From Octopus sinensis (taxonomy: Eukaryota), in NCBI RefSeq assembly GCF_006345805.1, contig NC_043021.1, positions 12,090,001-12,154,000 on the forward strand: 64,000 bases of DNA, given 5' to 3'. The position numbers and the translations under genes are program-made. Below the pieces are notes generated by a model. The model was not told the DNA's origin and ran no database searches. It was given only the letters and a program-made list of their open reading frames with translations. Positions 51,124 through 64,000 of the stretch are shown piece by piece. Every line of letters starts with the position of its first letter. The first letter of the stretch is position 1.

Positions 51124-51637
51124 CCTCAATATCAACCTGTCTATTTATCTAACTACCTACAACCACACAGTAGAAGTGAACCTGGGGCTTTGTGATGGCA
51201 AAACAAACTCCTTAACTATTTGGCCATTTCATGGGTAGTGGTTAGGGTGTTGGGCTCATGTAAAGCTAAGACCCAAGGATCGAGTTGTAGGTTTAATTCT
51301 GGCCCAGTGGTGTGTTGTATCCTTGAAGGAGGCTCTACATTTCCTATTGCTTCAGTTTACCCAGCAGAAAATGAGTATGATTCCCCCCACCCCATGTTGA
51401 AGCAGCTCTTTCTCTCTCTTGAACATTCTACTAGGTCACGGTGAAAGGTGAGAGTGGCGAGAGTGTTTCTATGTCAGTGCACAAATACATAGACACCTAA
51501 AACATTTCACAAATTCCCGATACATGCTACAAACATAGACTCATTTGTGAGAGACTGGCATGGTTGGTTACACACAGACGCATACCTGTCATATACCTAA
51601 ATTAGGTTACCTGTGGAAAAAGGAGGCACATATCCTG

Positions 51638-51675
<38 letters not shown>

Positions 51676-52192
51676 TACCTCAATATCAACCTGTCTATTT
51701 ATCTAACTACCTACAACCACACAGTAGAAGTGAACCTGGGGCTTTGTGATGGCAAAACAAACTCCTTAACTATTTGGCCATTTCATGGTGTAGTGGTTAG
51801 GGTGTTGGGCTCATGTAAAGCTAAGACCCAAGGATCGAGTTGTAGGTTTAATTCTGGCCCAGTGGTGTGTTGTATCCTTGAAGGAGGCTCTACATTTCCT
51901 ATTGCTTCAGTTTACCCAGCAGAAAATGAGTATGATTCCCCCCACCCCATGTTGAAGCAGCTCTTTCTCTCTCTTGAACATTCTACTAGGTCACGGTGAA
52001 AGGTGAGAGTGGCGAGAGTGTTTCTATGTCAGTGCACAAATACATAGACACCTAAAACATTTCACAAATTCCCGATACATGCTACAAACATAGACTCATT
52101 TGTGAGAGACTGGCATGGTTGGTTACACACAGACGCATACCTGTCATATACCTAAATTAGGTTACCTGTGGAAAAAGGAGGCACATATCCTG

Positions 52193-52195
<3 letters not shown>
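51124..52195 (+). repeat. Near-identical tandem duplication (517-bp unit, 554-bp period) bounded by (TA)n
   Basis: 51124-51640 vs 51678-52195; the only difference I found is a 1-bp indel (CATGGGTAG vs CATGGTGTAG). Confidence 0.9.
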
Positions 52196-52234
<39 letters not shown>

Positions 52235-52427
52235 GTGTGTATGTATATATACATATATATACACATACATATATATATATATACGTGTGTATGTATATAT
52301 ATACATATATATATATATATACATATATACATACATACATATATACATATATACATACATAAATATATACATACATAAATATATACATACATAAATATAC
52401 ATATACATATATATATATATATATATA

Positions 52428-52458
<31 letters not shown>

Positions 52459-53122
52459 TATATGTACATATATACATGTATTTATGTACATATATGTATA
52501 TATATGTACATATATGCATATATATGTACATATATGTATACATATGTATGAGCCTGCTGTAGCCATCTGGCTTGCCAGTCATCAGTCAAATTGTCCAACC
52601 CATGCCAGCATGGAAAGTGGATGTTAAATGATGATGACATGATATATATATATATATATATACACATATAGCTGAAGAGTCTATGTTTAGTTCATAGCTT
52701 GTCTAATAAAATGTTTATAAAGATACCAATTTCTAGACCATAACCACATTTACCGGATTCTGGGTCACTACAGTTGTCATGAAAATATCCACCTTTAACA
52801 CTAATGGATCACATTACTGACATTATTTACTTTAAAAGTTTTGCCTATTGTTTCCTATATCGATAACTGTCATCATCATCATCGTCGTCGTTTAACGTCC
52901 GCTTTCCATGGGTTGGATGGTGTCAGTGTTTTTGCTGTAATTCCGACACTATATTACAGGGATGCAAAACTGAGTAGTCCTGCAACAGACCAGTATCCAA
53001 TCCAGGTGGGGAATACACCAGTGTCCAGTCCAGGTGAAAAAAACACGATAGAAATCAGGAAACCAGCCCCATGAGACCACATGACTTGGGAAGAAACTTT
53101 ACTATTATTTTACATACATACA

Positions 53123-53528
53123 TAGGCGCAAGAGTGACTGTGTGGTAAGTAGCTTGCTAACCAACCACATGGTTCCGGGTTCAGTCCCACTGTGTGGCAT
53201 CTTGGGCAAGTGTCTTCTGCTATAGCCCTGGGCCGACCAATGCCTTGTGAGTGGATTTGGTAGACGGAAACTGAAAGAAGCCTGTCGTATATATGTATAT
53301 ATATATAAGTGTATATGTTTGTGTGTCTGTGTTTGTCCCCCTAGCATTACTTGACAACCGATGCTGGTGTGTTTACGTCCCCGTCACTTAGCGGTTCGGC
53401 AAAAGAGACCGATAGAATAAGTACTGGGCTTACAAAGAATAAGTCCCGGGGTCGATTTGCTCGTCTAAAGGCGGTGCTCCAGCATGGCTGCAGTCAAAAG
53501 ACTGAAACAAGTAAAAGAGAGTAAAGAG
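53123..53528 (+). mobile_element. Young family B SINE
   Basis: Full copy. Confidence 0.9.
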
Positions 53529-53750
53529 TATATGCAGTTATTTGGTAAACGGTGCTGAATTTTACACTTCTGGAAAAAATAATAAAAATAATATCTTTTT
53601 TATAAGCTTAAAGCTAATAAGCGATCACCATGGATTGACCAAGATAAATAGTCTAATAATGGAGCATATGGTAAACCATACTTTTGTCCATTGAAGGATT
53701 ATATGCCCCGATATTACACTATTTTTCTCATTCAATGCACAGTGAGTGCT

Positions 53751-53797
<47 letters not shown>

Positions 53798-54914
53798 GCA
53801 CGCGTAATGAGCTTATTTCAGTGACCATCTAATAAGTTCACTTACAAGGCTTTTGTATGTCTATAATTTTAGGCCTTTCTTTAGTTGTGAGAATTTTGCT
53901 TCTTTATACTGAAACCCATTATTTATCATTCCTATTGTCCTTAAGGCTGCCTCCATGCTTTCACCAGTCACAAATCAATTTTCCAGTTGCAGAGATGGTG
54001 GTGGTGGTGGTGGTGGTAATGGTGATGGTCGGTCCTTGCTGTCGCTCAGTTGACCAGTTGCCATGCTGTTTGGCATATTCAATAACTTGTAGCTTGAAAC
54101 TCTGTGTGTGTGTATGCGTGTGTGTGTGTGTGTGTGTGCATGTGTGTGTGTGTATGTATGTATGTATGTAAGACTCTTCTGTGCCTAGTAACAAGTCTAG
54201 TTTTGTAGAGAGAGTGAGAGAGATGGACAGACAGAGAGACATTGTCGGCAGAATAATATAACCAAACATTAACAGATGGCATCTACTTCTATGGAAGAAC
54301 GTCTGTCAGCTTAGAAATGGTTTGTAAGGCAACAGTGTAGTTGATACACCATAAACGAAATGAAACAAATGGCATTTTCTGAACATTGCAGGTAAACTCT
54401 TGTAAACTTCTTATGAGTTGCCCTCAATACATTACAAAATTAACAAATATGCTAATGGCAGCACTCAGCACTCATCATTGTCATCATCATTGTTTAACGT
54501 CTGTTTGCCATGCTGGCATGGGTTGGACGGTTTGATTGAGGACTGGCAACCCAGTAGGCTGCACCATGATCTGGTGCAGCTCAGAAAACTACATTAATGT
54601 ACCAAATTTAGTGAATCTGAATAATAAATATAATCAATGAGAAGCAGTGTCTTCCTTTGAAAAAAATTTCAGTTACAACTATGATGTTGTTGATAAAACA
54701 TGTTCCTTGTCTATCTACTTATCCTCTTTGTGATTTTGGTTAATAGAAAAACTATACAAATGAATCCTTCAAATTTAACTAAATTCTATATTTTTATGCA
54801 GCTGAAGATTGTTCTACATTTTAAATTGATGTAATATTTGCATTGTTCAATTAAATGGAGTCGCATGAAACGATCGTACTGCATTACCTCTGGATATCCT
54901 TGTTGCTTATTTGG

Positions 54915-54950
<36 letters not shown>

Positions 54951-57005
54951 TAGTGGGACTGAACCGGGAACCTTGTGGTTGGGAAGCAATGAGCTTCCAC
55001 ACAATTTCCCCAAACCAAATTCACTCACAAAGCTCTGGTTGGCCTGGAGCTATAATTGCTCAAGGGTACCACACAGTGGGACCGAGCCAGAAATCACATG
55101 GTTGAAAGCAAGTTTCTTAACTACACAGCAATATGCTTGCACCAATACTTAAAGGAAAATGATAAAAACTAAAACAAAACAAAACAAAAAGAAAGACATA
55201 AAGGGAGACAGATTAACTTAAGCAACATATTTACTCATAGTTCTTGCTGGATTAGGGCTGATCCAGGGCCAAACTACAACTCCCACTACCACCAACATGG
55301 TTCTATGAAACTCAATCAGACTGATAAAACACTTGCCCACGGCACCCCACCCCGCCCACCCCACCACCTAAAGTTAATTAATTTACCAACAATGCAGGAA
55401 TGGCTTATAGTAGAAGTAGTTTTTTTTTTGTTTTGCTTTATTTGTTTTGTTTGTTTTTATGTTTTCTATTTTTTTCTTTCTTCTTAATCCTCAAGGGTAT
55501 TGTGTTGTTGTGTAGATTGACTGCTAATATGTTTCTGCTGCTGCGGCTGCTACCACCACCACCACCACTACCATTGTCACCATCATCACAACCACCACCG
55601 CCACCACGATGACAACCACCAATACTGCAACCCTACCACCACTACTACCACTATCACCACCACTACTACCATCACCACCACCACTACCACCACCACCACC
55701 ACCATCAACAACAACAAACTATTGCTAGCCAATGGTTCCCTATTGTCAAGACCCTACTTACTATGATAATTTACCACAGCCTCTAATATTGCACTGGGAC
55801 AGGGGTGGGAAGACACATAGCAAAAATCAGCAGCAGCAGCAGCCATTCAAGAATTTGGACCTGGAGCCTTCCTCTCAAGGACCTCATTACAATGAGGTCG
55901 AGGTCCTACTTACTTATTTAACAGACTAGAATTTGACCTCAAGTCCATTTCAGGACAATCACCTCTCCAGCCATTTGTTTTATGTCTATTTTTCCATGCC
56001 TGAATGAGTCGGATGAAGCCCTGTAATTGAGACTATATTTTACCACCAGATTCTCTTCCTGTCACCATCTGGATTAATTATTCCACTGCCTTTCGAAAGA
56101 ACACAGTTACAAGATTTATTCTTTACAGGAAATATAAACATATATTTTTATATTTTAATATAAACAAATATATTGTTCTATTTGTAGATGGTCATATTTT
56201 TGCCAATAAACCACATAATCACTGTATAATTGGTCTTCACTTCAGCTTTATAATTATTGTTCTTATTTTTTCATCTGCCACTACGTTCGGAGTTCAAATT
56301 CCACCAAGGTCAACTTTACCTTTCATCCTTTCAGGGTCAATAAATTAAGTACTAGTTGAGTACTGGGGTTGATCTAACTGACTTGCCCCTTCCCTCAAAA
56401 TTTCAGGCCTTGTGCCTATAGTAGAAAGGATTATTGTTCTTATTTTAGTATCCTTTGTTAGCAATTCTCCAGCTCATTTGTATCCTCCTGTCCCGCTTAG
56501 TCCATTCTGTCTTTCTATGGTGTGTACCCTTATCTGGTGAGACTGGAACAGAACAGAGGTAGATGTCTATACTCTATACTGTTTTCTCTCCCATCCTTCT
56601 CTAATTCCCTTTTTCTCCCCTTTACTGTCATCTATCTGTCTGTCTCTCACTCTCTCCTCTCTACAGGTAAAGTGGTTGAGTTCCTTTCAAGTGCTGGGTT
56701 TCATGGCAGCAATGACCAAGACCTTTGGCAATATGTCATGCTTGAGAAGAACACCCATAAAGCAAAATTGCAGTCATGACAGACACTAGTGTCATGCAAA
56801 TGGCACCTTTGCCGGTGGCACATACAAGCACCCATTACACTTTTGGACTGGTTGATGTTAGGAAAGGCATCTAGCCATAGAAAACCATGCCAAAATAGAC
56901 TGGAGCCTGGCACAGCCTTCGGCGTACCAACCCAGTCAAACCGTCCAACCCATGCCAGCATGGACAACAGATGTTGAATGATGATTATGATGATGCCGAT
57001 GATGA

Positions 57006-57060
<55 letters not shown>

Positions 57061-57063
<3 letters not shown>

Positions 57064-57200
57064 CTAGCCACTACAGATTCTTTATTTTCTCTCCTTGTTT
57101 CTTTCTGTGGAAGAGCATAGGCTCGAAACGTTAAAGACTTTTTCACTTCCAAGCATTAAACTAATACATCTGTTTGTTGTCTACACCACATGTCTTCATT
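57061..57200 (+). mobile_element. Family P unit with hammerhead (A6-to-U core variant)
   Basis: CTTT-CTGTGGA-A-GAGCATAGGCTC-GAAA-CG-TT-AAAG at 57101-57136, flanked by (TA)n. Confidence 0.7.
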
Positions 57201-57957
57201 TTATATATATATATATATTGAGAGAGAGAGAGAGAGTCAACAGATGAGATCCTGAGATTCTCAATATAGTAAACACTTAGTAGCATTCAAATGATTGGAA
57301 CCTACATTCTGAAAGCTTTACTGAGGACCGAATCCACAGGGTAAAGAGTGACCATAAAGAGAATCCCGGTGAGCAGATATGGAGACAATGATGCAAATAA
57401 ACAAATAAAACTTGGTTGCACTAGTGACATATCCCTTCCACTAATACCACCTACTTCCCACTATAATTCCTTTTAAATATTCTGTCCATGAGTGTTTTAT
57501 TAATGAGAAACCAACTCAATTGAGGCAATCTACCAATATTTAGTAAGTGACCAACATCATCTGTACCAGCACAAGCAAAATATAAACCCAGTTTTATTTC
57601 AGAAGTTCTGTTCTGCAAAAATTACAATAAGCATTCCATTTCAATTTTCAACTGGTAGTTTAATGGTATCATTTCAGTATTCTATTTGTAAAAATTTCTA
57701 CAAATGACTACAACCATCCCATTGCAACATTCATCTTCTAAAATTACTAAAGAAATTAATCTGAATTTCTATCGTAAAGATTGATACAGTGATTATGTTT
57801 CTTTGTACCATTGTATCTATCTCTCTCTCTCTACATGTATGTGAGTGTATAAGCTATGAGAATGTAGACCAATACTCATAGCTGGATACCATGTACCAGT
57901 AGCAAAAAGAGCTGTGAGCTAATGAACGAAATTACATAACTCTTTCTCTTTTGGTCA

Positions 57958-58655
57958 TTAACCCTTTCGTTACTGTATTTATTCTGAGATGTTCTCTGCT
58001 TCTTCCAATTATTTTAGATATAACAAAGAATTTAGTAAAATGACTTAGTTATCATTCAGCTAATGTTAGGAACATAAATTGTGACTAAGGTTTGGTGGAA
58101 GATTTTAATTCAAAACCTATGGAAACAAGACATTTGTACTACAGAGCCAGAGGTGGTTTCAGGCAGGTTGGTATCAAAAAGGTTAACCCTTCTGTAACCA
58201 TATTTCTGTTGAGATGCTCTGTGTTTCTTTCAATTAATTTTAAATATAACAAAGAACTTAGTAAAATAACTTAGTCATCATTCAGCTAGTATTAGGAACA
58301 TAAATTGTGACTAAGGTTTGGTGGAAGATTTTAGTTCAAAACTTTTGAAAACAAGACATTTGTACTCAGAGCCAGAGCCAGTTTTAACTGGGTTGTTAAC
58401 AAAAGGGTTAAAAATATCATGGTGATGTTAACCCTTTTGTTACCATATTTCTGTTGACATGCTCTGTGTTTCTTTAAATTAATTTTAAATACAACAAAGA
58501 ATTTAGTAAAATAATTTAGTTATCATCAAGCTAGTGTTAGGAACATAAATTGTGACTAAGGTTTGGTGGAAGATTTTAGTTCAAAACTTTTGAAAACAAG
58601 ACATTTGTACTCAGAGCCAGAGGTGGTTTCAACCGGGTTGGTAACGAAGGGTTAA
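57958..58655 (+). mobile_element. Tandem array of three TTAA-bounded MITEs (family H)
   Basis: TTAA at 57958, 58183 (shared), 58408, 58428 and 58652; TIR TTAACCCTTTCGTTAC / GTAACGAAGGGTTAA. Confidence 0.8.
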
Positions 58656-58923
58656 CATATGTTTATTGGTGGAAAACATACATCGACAAGAAATTGCTAA
58701 CAAATTAGTGAGTCAGACTAAAACACATAGTCACTTGCAGCACCGTTTTTAAGAGCAGTGAACCACTGATTGGCTTCTTAGAAACTTGTAATTAACGATG
58801 ATATTGTTAACGAATAAAAGATGTGAAACAAAACAACTAAATATACAAATAAACAAAATCCTTTGCTTAATGTAAGACGACATTGCTTTGGCCAACTTAG
58901 TGCATTACATTCATTAGAAAAGC

Positions 58924-58954
<31 letters not shown>

Positions 58955-59108
58955 TAGGAAATATATTAATTATAAAAGAGAAAATTACTAATTATTGAAA
59001 GGCCAAACAAAAGTGAATGTGAGTGTGTGTGTTTGTGTTTGTGTGCATGTGTGTGCATGTTTGCGTGGTGGAGGAAGAGAAGAGGAGATAAGCAGAGATT
59101 ATACTAAC

Positions 59109-59191
59109 CTGCAGATAGTGCCACTGTGCCATGTGATAAAGGGGTGTGTGTTGAGATCATATCTGCTGTAAGCTTTGGAGTTAAATAGAAG
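59109..59191 (-). CDS. TLCD2: TLCD1/2-like internal exon (most upstream exon in the window)
   Basis: attttccag acceptor, gttagt donor; FYLTPKLTADMISTHTPLSHGTVALSA(G) joins in phase to GYFLHD; 83 nt, phase 2 to 1. Confidence 0.88.
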
Positions 59192-59254
59192 CTGGAAAAT
59201 ATAAAAAATATATACACATAAAAAAAATATACATATACATTCATACATATATAT

Positions 59255-59470
59255 ATTTCTTTACTGCCCACAAGGGGCAAATCATAGAGGGGACAAACAA
59301 GGACAAAGGGATTAAGTCGATTACATCGACCCCAGTGTGAAACTGGCACTTAATTCATCGACCTCGAAAGGATGAAAGGCAAAGCCGACCTCGGCGGAAT
59401 TTGAACTCAGAACGTAACAGCAGCCGAAATACCGCTAAGCATTTCACCCAGCGCGCTAACGTTCTGCCAG
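59255..59470 (-). mobile_element. Family A (tail A1) SINE
   Basis: Reverse-complement copy. Confidence 0.85.
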
Positions 59471-59479
59471 CAACAAAAG

Positions 59480-62255
59480 TGTACATATGCCGCTATATAT
59501 ATATATATATATAGATATATAATAATACATAGCATATATATACATTATACATATAACAATATATATATACACATATCTAGATACACAATATATATATACA
59601 TATAATATATATATAACATAATACATATATACATATATATATATACATATATTATATACTATATATATATACATCATTACATATACATATATACACACAT
59701 ATATATATACACAATATATATATACACATATATATATACACATATATATACACATATATATATACACATATTTATATACACATATATATCACACATATAT
59801 ATATACACATATATATATACAATATATATATACACAATTATATATACACATATATATATATTACACATATATATATACACTATATATATACACACATAGA
59901 TATATATAACATCATATATACACCATATTATAATATATATATCTACATATATATTATACATATCTACTTACATATATATATACACATATATATATACAAT
60001 TATATACATATATATATACACATATATATACATATATATATACCACATATACATATACAATATACATTATAACACATATATAACTATAATATAGACATAT
60101 TATATATATAATGATATAATATTACATTATATATACAAATATATGATACATATATATATACACATATATATACACATATATATTAACATATTATACACAT
60201 ATTACATATACACATTATATATATATACAAATACATATATATATAGACATATATATATACATATATTATACACATATATATAGACACATATATATATACA
60301 CATATATATATACACATATATATATACACATATATATATAACATATATATACAATATATATATACATATATATATATACATATATATACATAAATATTAT
60401 ATACACATATTATATATATACATATATTATACATTATCATATAATACATATATTTACTATACATTATATATACATAATATTTATCAAATAAAAACATGAT
60501 GCGAAGGATTCAGCGGTACATATGTTTCGGGCCTTATTAGACAGATTTATAACAATGCATAATGGTGTCTGTGGCCTTCTTCAGCGCGCACAACAGCTTC
60601 CACATATATATAATTACATATATACATACATATATATACATTATACATACATATATACATACATATATATACATACAACAACATACATACATTATATACA
60701 TATATCATACATACATAATTATTACATATATACATACATACATATATATACATATACATACATATACATATATACATAATATATATATATATTATATATA
60801 CATATATATATATACAATATTATATATACTATACATATACATATACATATATACATATACATATACATATATACATATACATATAAATATACCTATATTA
60901 CATATACATATACATATATACATATACATATATACATATACATATATACAATATATATATACATATATACATATATATATATACATATATACATCTACAT
61001 ATATAAATATATACATATATACATATATATATATACATATATACATATATAATATACATATATAGATATTATAACATATATATATAACATATATATATAT
61101 ATACATATATATATATAGACATATATATATAATACATATATATATATATAAATATATATATATACATAATATATATACATATATTAGATATAAATACATA
61201 TAATTTACATATATTATATATATACATACATATATATACAATACATTATATATATACTATATATATATACATACACATATATATATATCATATATATATA
61301 TATATACATACATATACATATATATATATATACATACACATATATTATTATACATATATATATATATATATATACATACATATACATATATATATATACA
61401 TATATATACATATCATATATACATATATATATATATATACATAACATATATAACATATATATATATACATAGATATATATACATATATATATATACATAT
61501 CGATATACATATACATATATACATATACATATATATATATAATACTATATATATACATATAATATATATATATTACATATATATATATATACATATATAT
61601 ATATTACATATATATATATACATACATATTATACATATATATATACATATATATATATATACATAATATATATACATATATAGAATACATATAATATATA
61701 CATATATATATATACATATACATATATACATATACATATATATATATACATATATATATTACATATACATATATACATATTACATATATACATATACATA
61801 TATAAAATATATATATACATATACATATATACATTAATAATATATAACATATATACATATACATATAAAAATATACATATATACATATACTATATAAATA
61901 TATATATCTACATATACATATATACATATACATATATACTATATATATATAATATACATCTATACATATACATATACATATATAATATACATATATACAT
62001 ATACATTATACATATTATATATATACCATATACATATATAATATATATAATATACATATACATATATACATATACTATATATAATATATATATATATTAT
62101 ATAACCTATACATATAGATATATACAATATACATATATATATATATAATACATATACATATATATATATATATACTATACTATCTATATATATATACATA
62201 TACATATATACATATATCAATATATAATATATATATATATATATAATATATATAA
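59480..62255. repeat. About 2.8-kb degenerate (TA)n/(TATACA)n tract
   Basis: Visible; interrupted by a unique unit at about 60485-60601. Confidence 0.95.
60513..60589 (-). ncRNA. Near-canonical type-I hammerhead ribozyme motif with extended stem II
   Basis: Minus strand GCGCG-CUGAAGA-AGGCC.ACAG...CUGU...GGCCC-GAAA-CAUAUG-UA^CCGC; palindromic stem III ACAUAUGU; stem I needs a bulge. Confidence 0.55.
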
Positions 62256-62604
62256 AATACAAAATGGGACAAGGACGCAAAACATCCGAACACTAGGTGA
62301 TACAAAAGGGACAACAAAACATCCAGATAGACAATACAAAGAAAACAAGGAAGGTCATTCGAAGTTTTCTATCTTCAGTCAAGAACCAGATTATCCTCAC
62401 AATTTCAGCTCAATCAGCGTTGAAAAACTAACTGTTAAAATCAAACTGTACTCTTCAAAACTTGCACTAAAAATAAAGGCAAGGTAAAATTACTACCTGC
62501 CTTTATAGCAAGTTGATGCAGGTAGTTTATCCCATTCCCATTCGACTTTTAGATCATGCAATTGAAAAAACCGCATTATTTATGGTATGGCTCAGTATAT
62601 ATAT

Positions 62605-63167
62605 ATTCTTTTATTCTTTTACTTATTTCAGTCATTTGACTGCAGCCATACTGGAGCACCACCTCAAAGGATTTTTAATTGAAGAAATCAACCCAGGACT
62701 TAGCCTTTGTAAGCCTAGTACTTATTTCATTGGTCTCTTTTGCTGAACTGCTAAGTTACGGGTATTTAAACACGCTAACATCAATTGTCAAGCAATTGCA
62801 AACATAAACACAAAGATACACACACACACACACATAAATATATATATATATATATATATGATGGACTTCTTTCGGTTTCTGTCTACAAAATCCATTCACA
62901 AGGCTTTGGTTGGCCCAAGGCTATAGTAGAAGACAACTGCCCAATGTGCCACACAGTGATACTGAACCCTGAACCATGTGGTTGGGAAGCAAACTTCTTA
63001 CCACACAACCATACCTGCGATATATATATATATATATATATACACTTTACTCTTTTACTTGTTTCAGTCATTTGACTGCGGCCATGGTGGAGCACCACCT
63101 TTAATTGAGCAACTCGACCCCGGGACTTATTCTTTTGTAAGCCCAGGACTTATTCTGTCGGTCTCTA

Positions 63168-63209
<42 letters not shown>

Positions 63210-63385
63210 TACATACAAATATACGACGGGCTTCTTTCAGTTTCCGTACACCAAATCCACTCACAAGGCTTTGGTCAGCCCGAGGCTATAGTAGAAGACA
63301 CTTGCCCAAGGTGCCACGCAGCGGGACTGAACCCGGAACCATGTGGTTGGTAAACAAGCTACTTACCACACAGCCACTCCTATAT
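62605..63385 (-). mobile_element. Two family B SINEs
   Basis: Reverse-complement copies at about 62605-63010 and 63045-63385. Confidence 0.8.
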
Positions 63386-64000
63386 ATATATATATGTATA
63401 CACATATACATACACGCACACATACAAACACAGATATACACTCATACATAAACATACATACACAAATGTCAGATTGTTCAATGTCAACTTGGGGTTAAGC
63501 AACATCAACATGTACCCACGAACCTTCTGACAAATTTGGAATTGCTAGAATTTACAGAACTATCGTACATATCTTATTTGGGTCACACATTCACCGTTTA
63601 TTCACCATGTTGTGCTGCAGAGTTGTATTGCATATGGAATTCTGGTGCTTAACTGATCTTTAAGATTACTAATGCATAGGAGAGAGGGAGAGAGAGAGGA
63701 GGTGTAAGCAGAGAGGAAGAAGGGAAGAGAGAAAAAACAAATGAAAGGAGATGATGATGATAGTGGCGGCGGTGATGATGGTGATGATGATAATGATGAC
63801 GATGATGATGATGATGATGAGGAGGAGGAGGAGGAGGAAGGGGAACAAAAAAGAAGGAACTGAAAGAGATGTTGGTTCCGCACAACGTTTGTAGAATGTA
63901 AGAGAAACATTAAATAATAAGAAGAAAGAAAAAAAAAATTTACCAAAAGACAAACAGGAAAACCAGCCAAAATAATTTATTTTGCAGTATGTGAAAGCAC

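Noticed and set aside
59192-64000. Search for the TLCD first coding exon
   Set aside because: No minus-strand segment with the expected N-terminal W-R-N...S..H motif and a phase-2 donor was found; it is presumed to lie outside the window

Overview
AT-rich, repeat-saturated animal genomic DNA. The tRNA-derived SINE repertoire and microsatellites match what I recall for octopod cephalopods (Octopus); this taxon call is an inference. The only host gene I can support well is a minus-strand TLC-domain gene (TLCD1/TLCD2-like). Four of its coding exons lie at 59109-59191, 45340-45422, 41053-41224 and 37741-37952; they are phase-compatible and have GT-AG boundaries, and the first exon(s) lie beyond the right end of the window. 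The rest is mostly retroelements: a young 5'-truncated RTE LINE (13.7-16.1 kb) with a C4HC3 PHD-like finger inserted after the RT core, an L1/Tx1 fragment, two Penelope GIY-YIG fragments, and several modular SINE families that often form tandem or nested arrays. It also holds DNA-transposon MITEs (hAT, TTAA/piggyBac-like arrays, a possible Merlin-like insertion) and long (TA)n, (CA)n, (GA)n and (AAT)n tracts. The most interesting signal is a set of minimal type-I hammerhead ribozyme motifs with palindromic stem III, carried by short units embedded in TA microsatellites. One copy looks fully canonical (878-934, minus strand), one is near-canonical (60513-60589), and five 36-nt copies belong to a dispersed family, three of which share a non-canonical core base. 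Weak exon-like chains on both strands at 11-35 kb are reported only as unresolved candidates. Most of the supplied ORFs are microsatellite or SINE artefacts.
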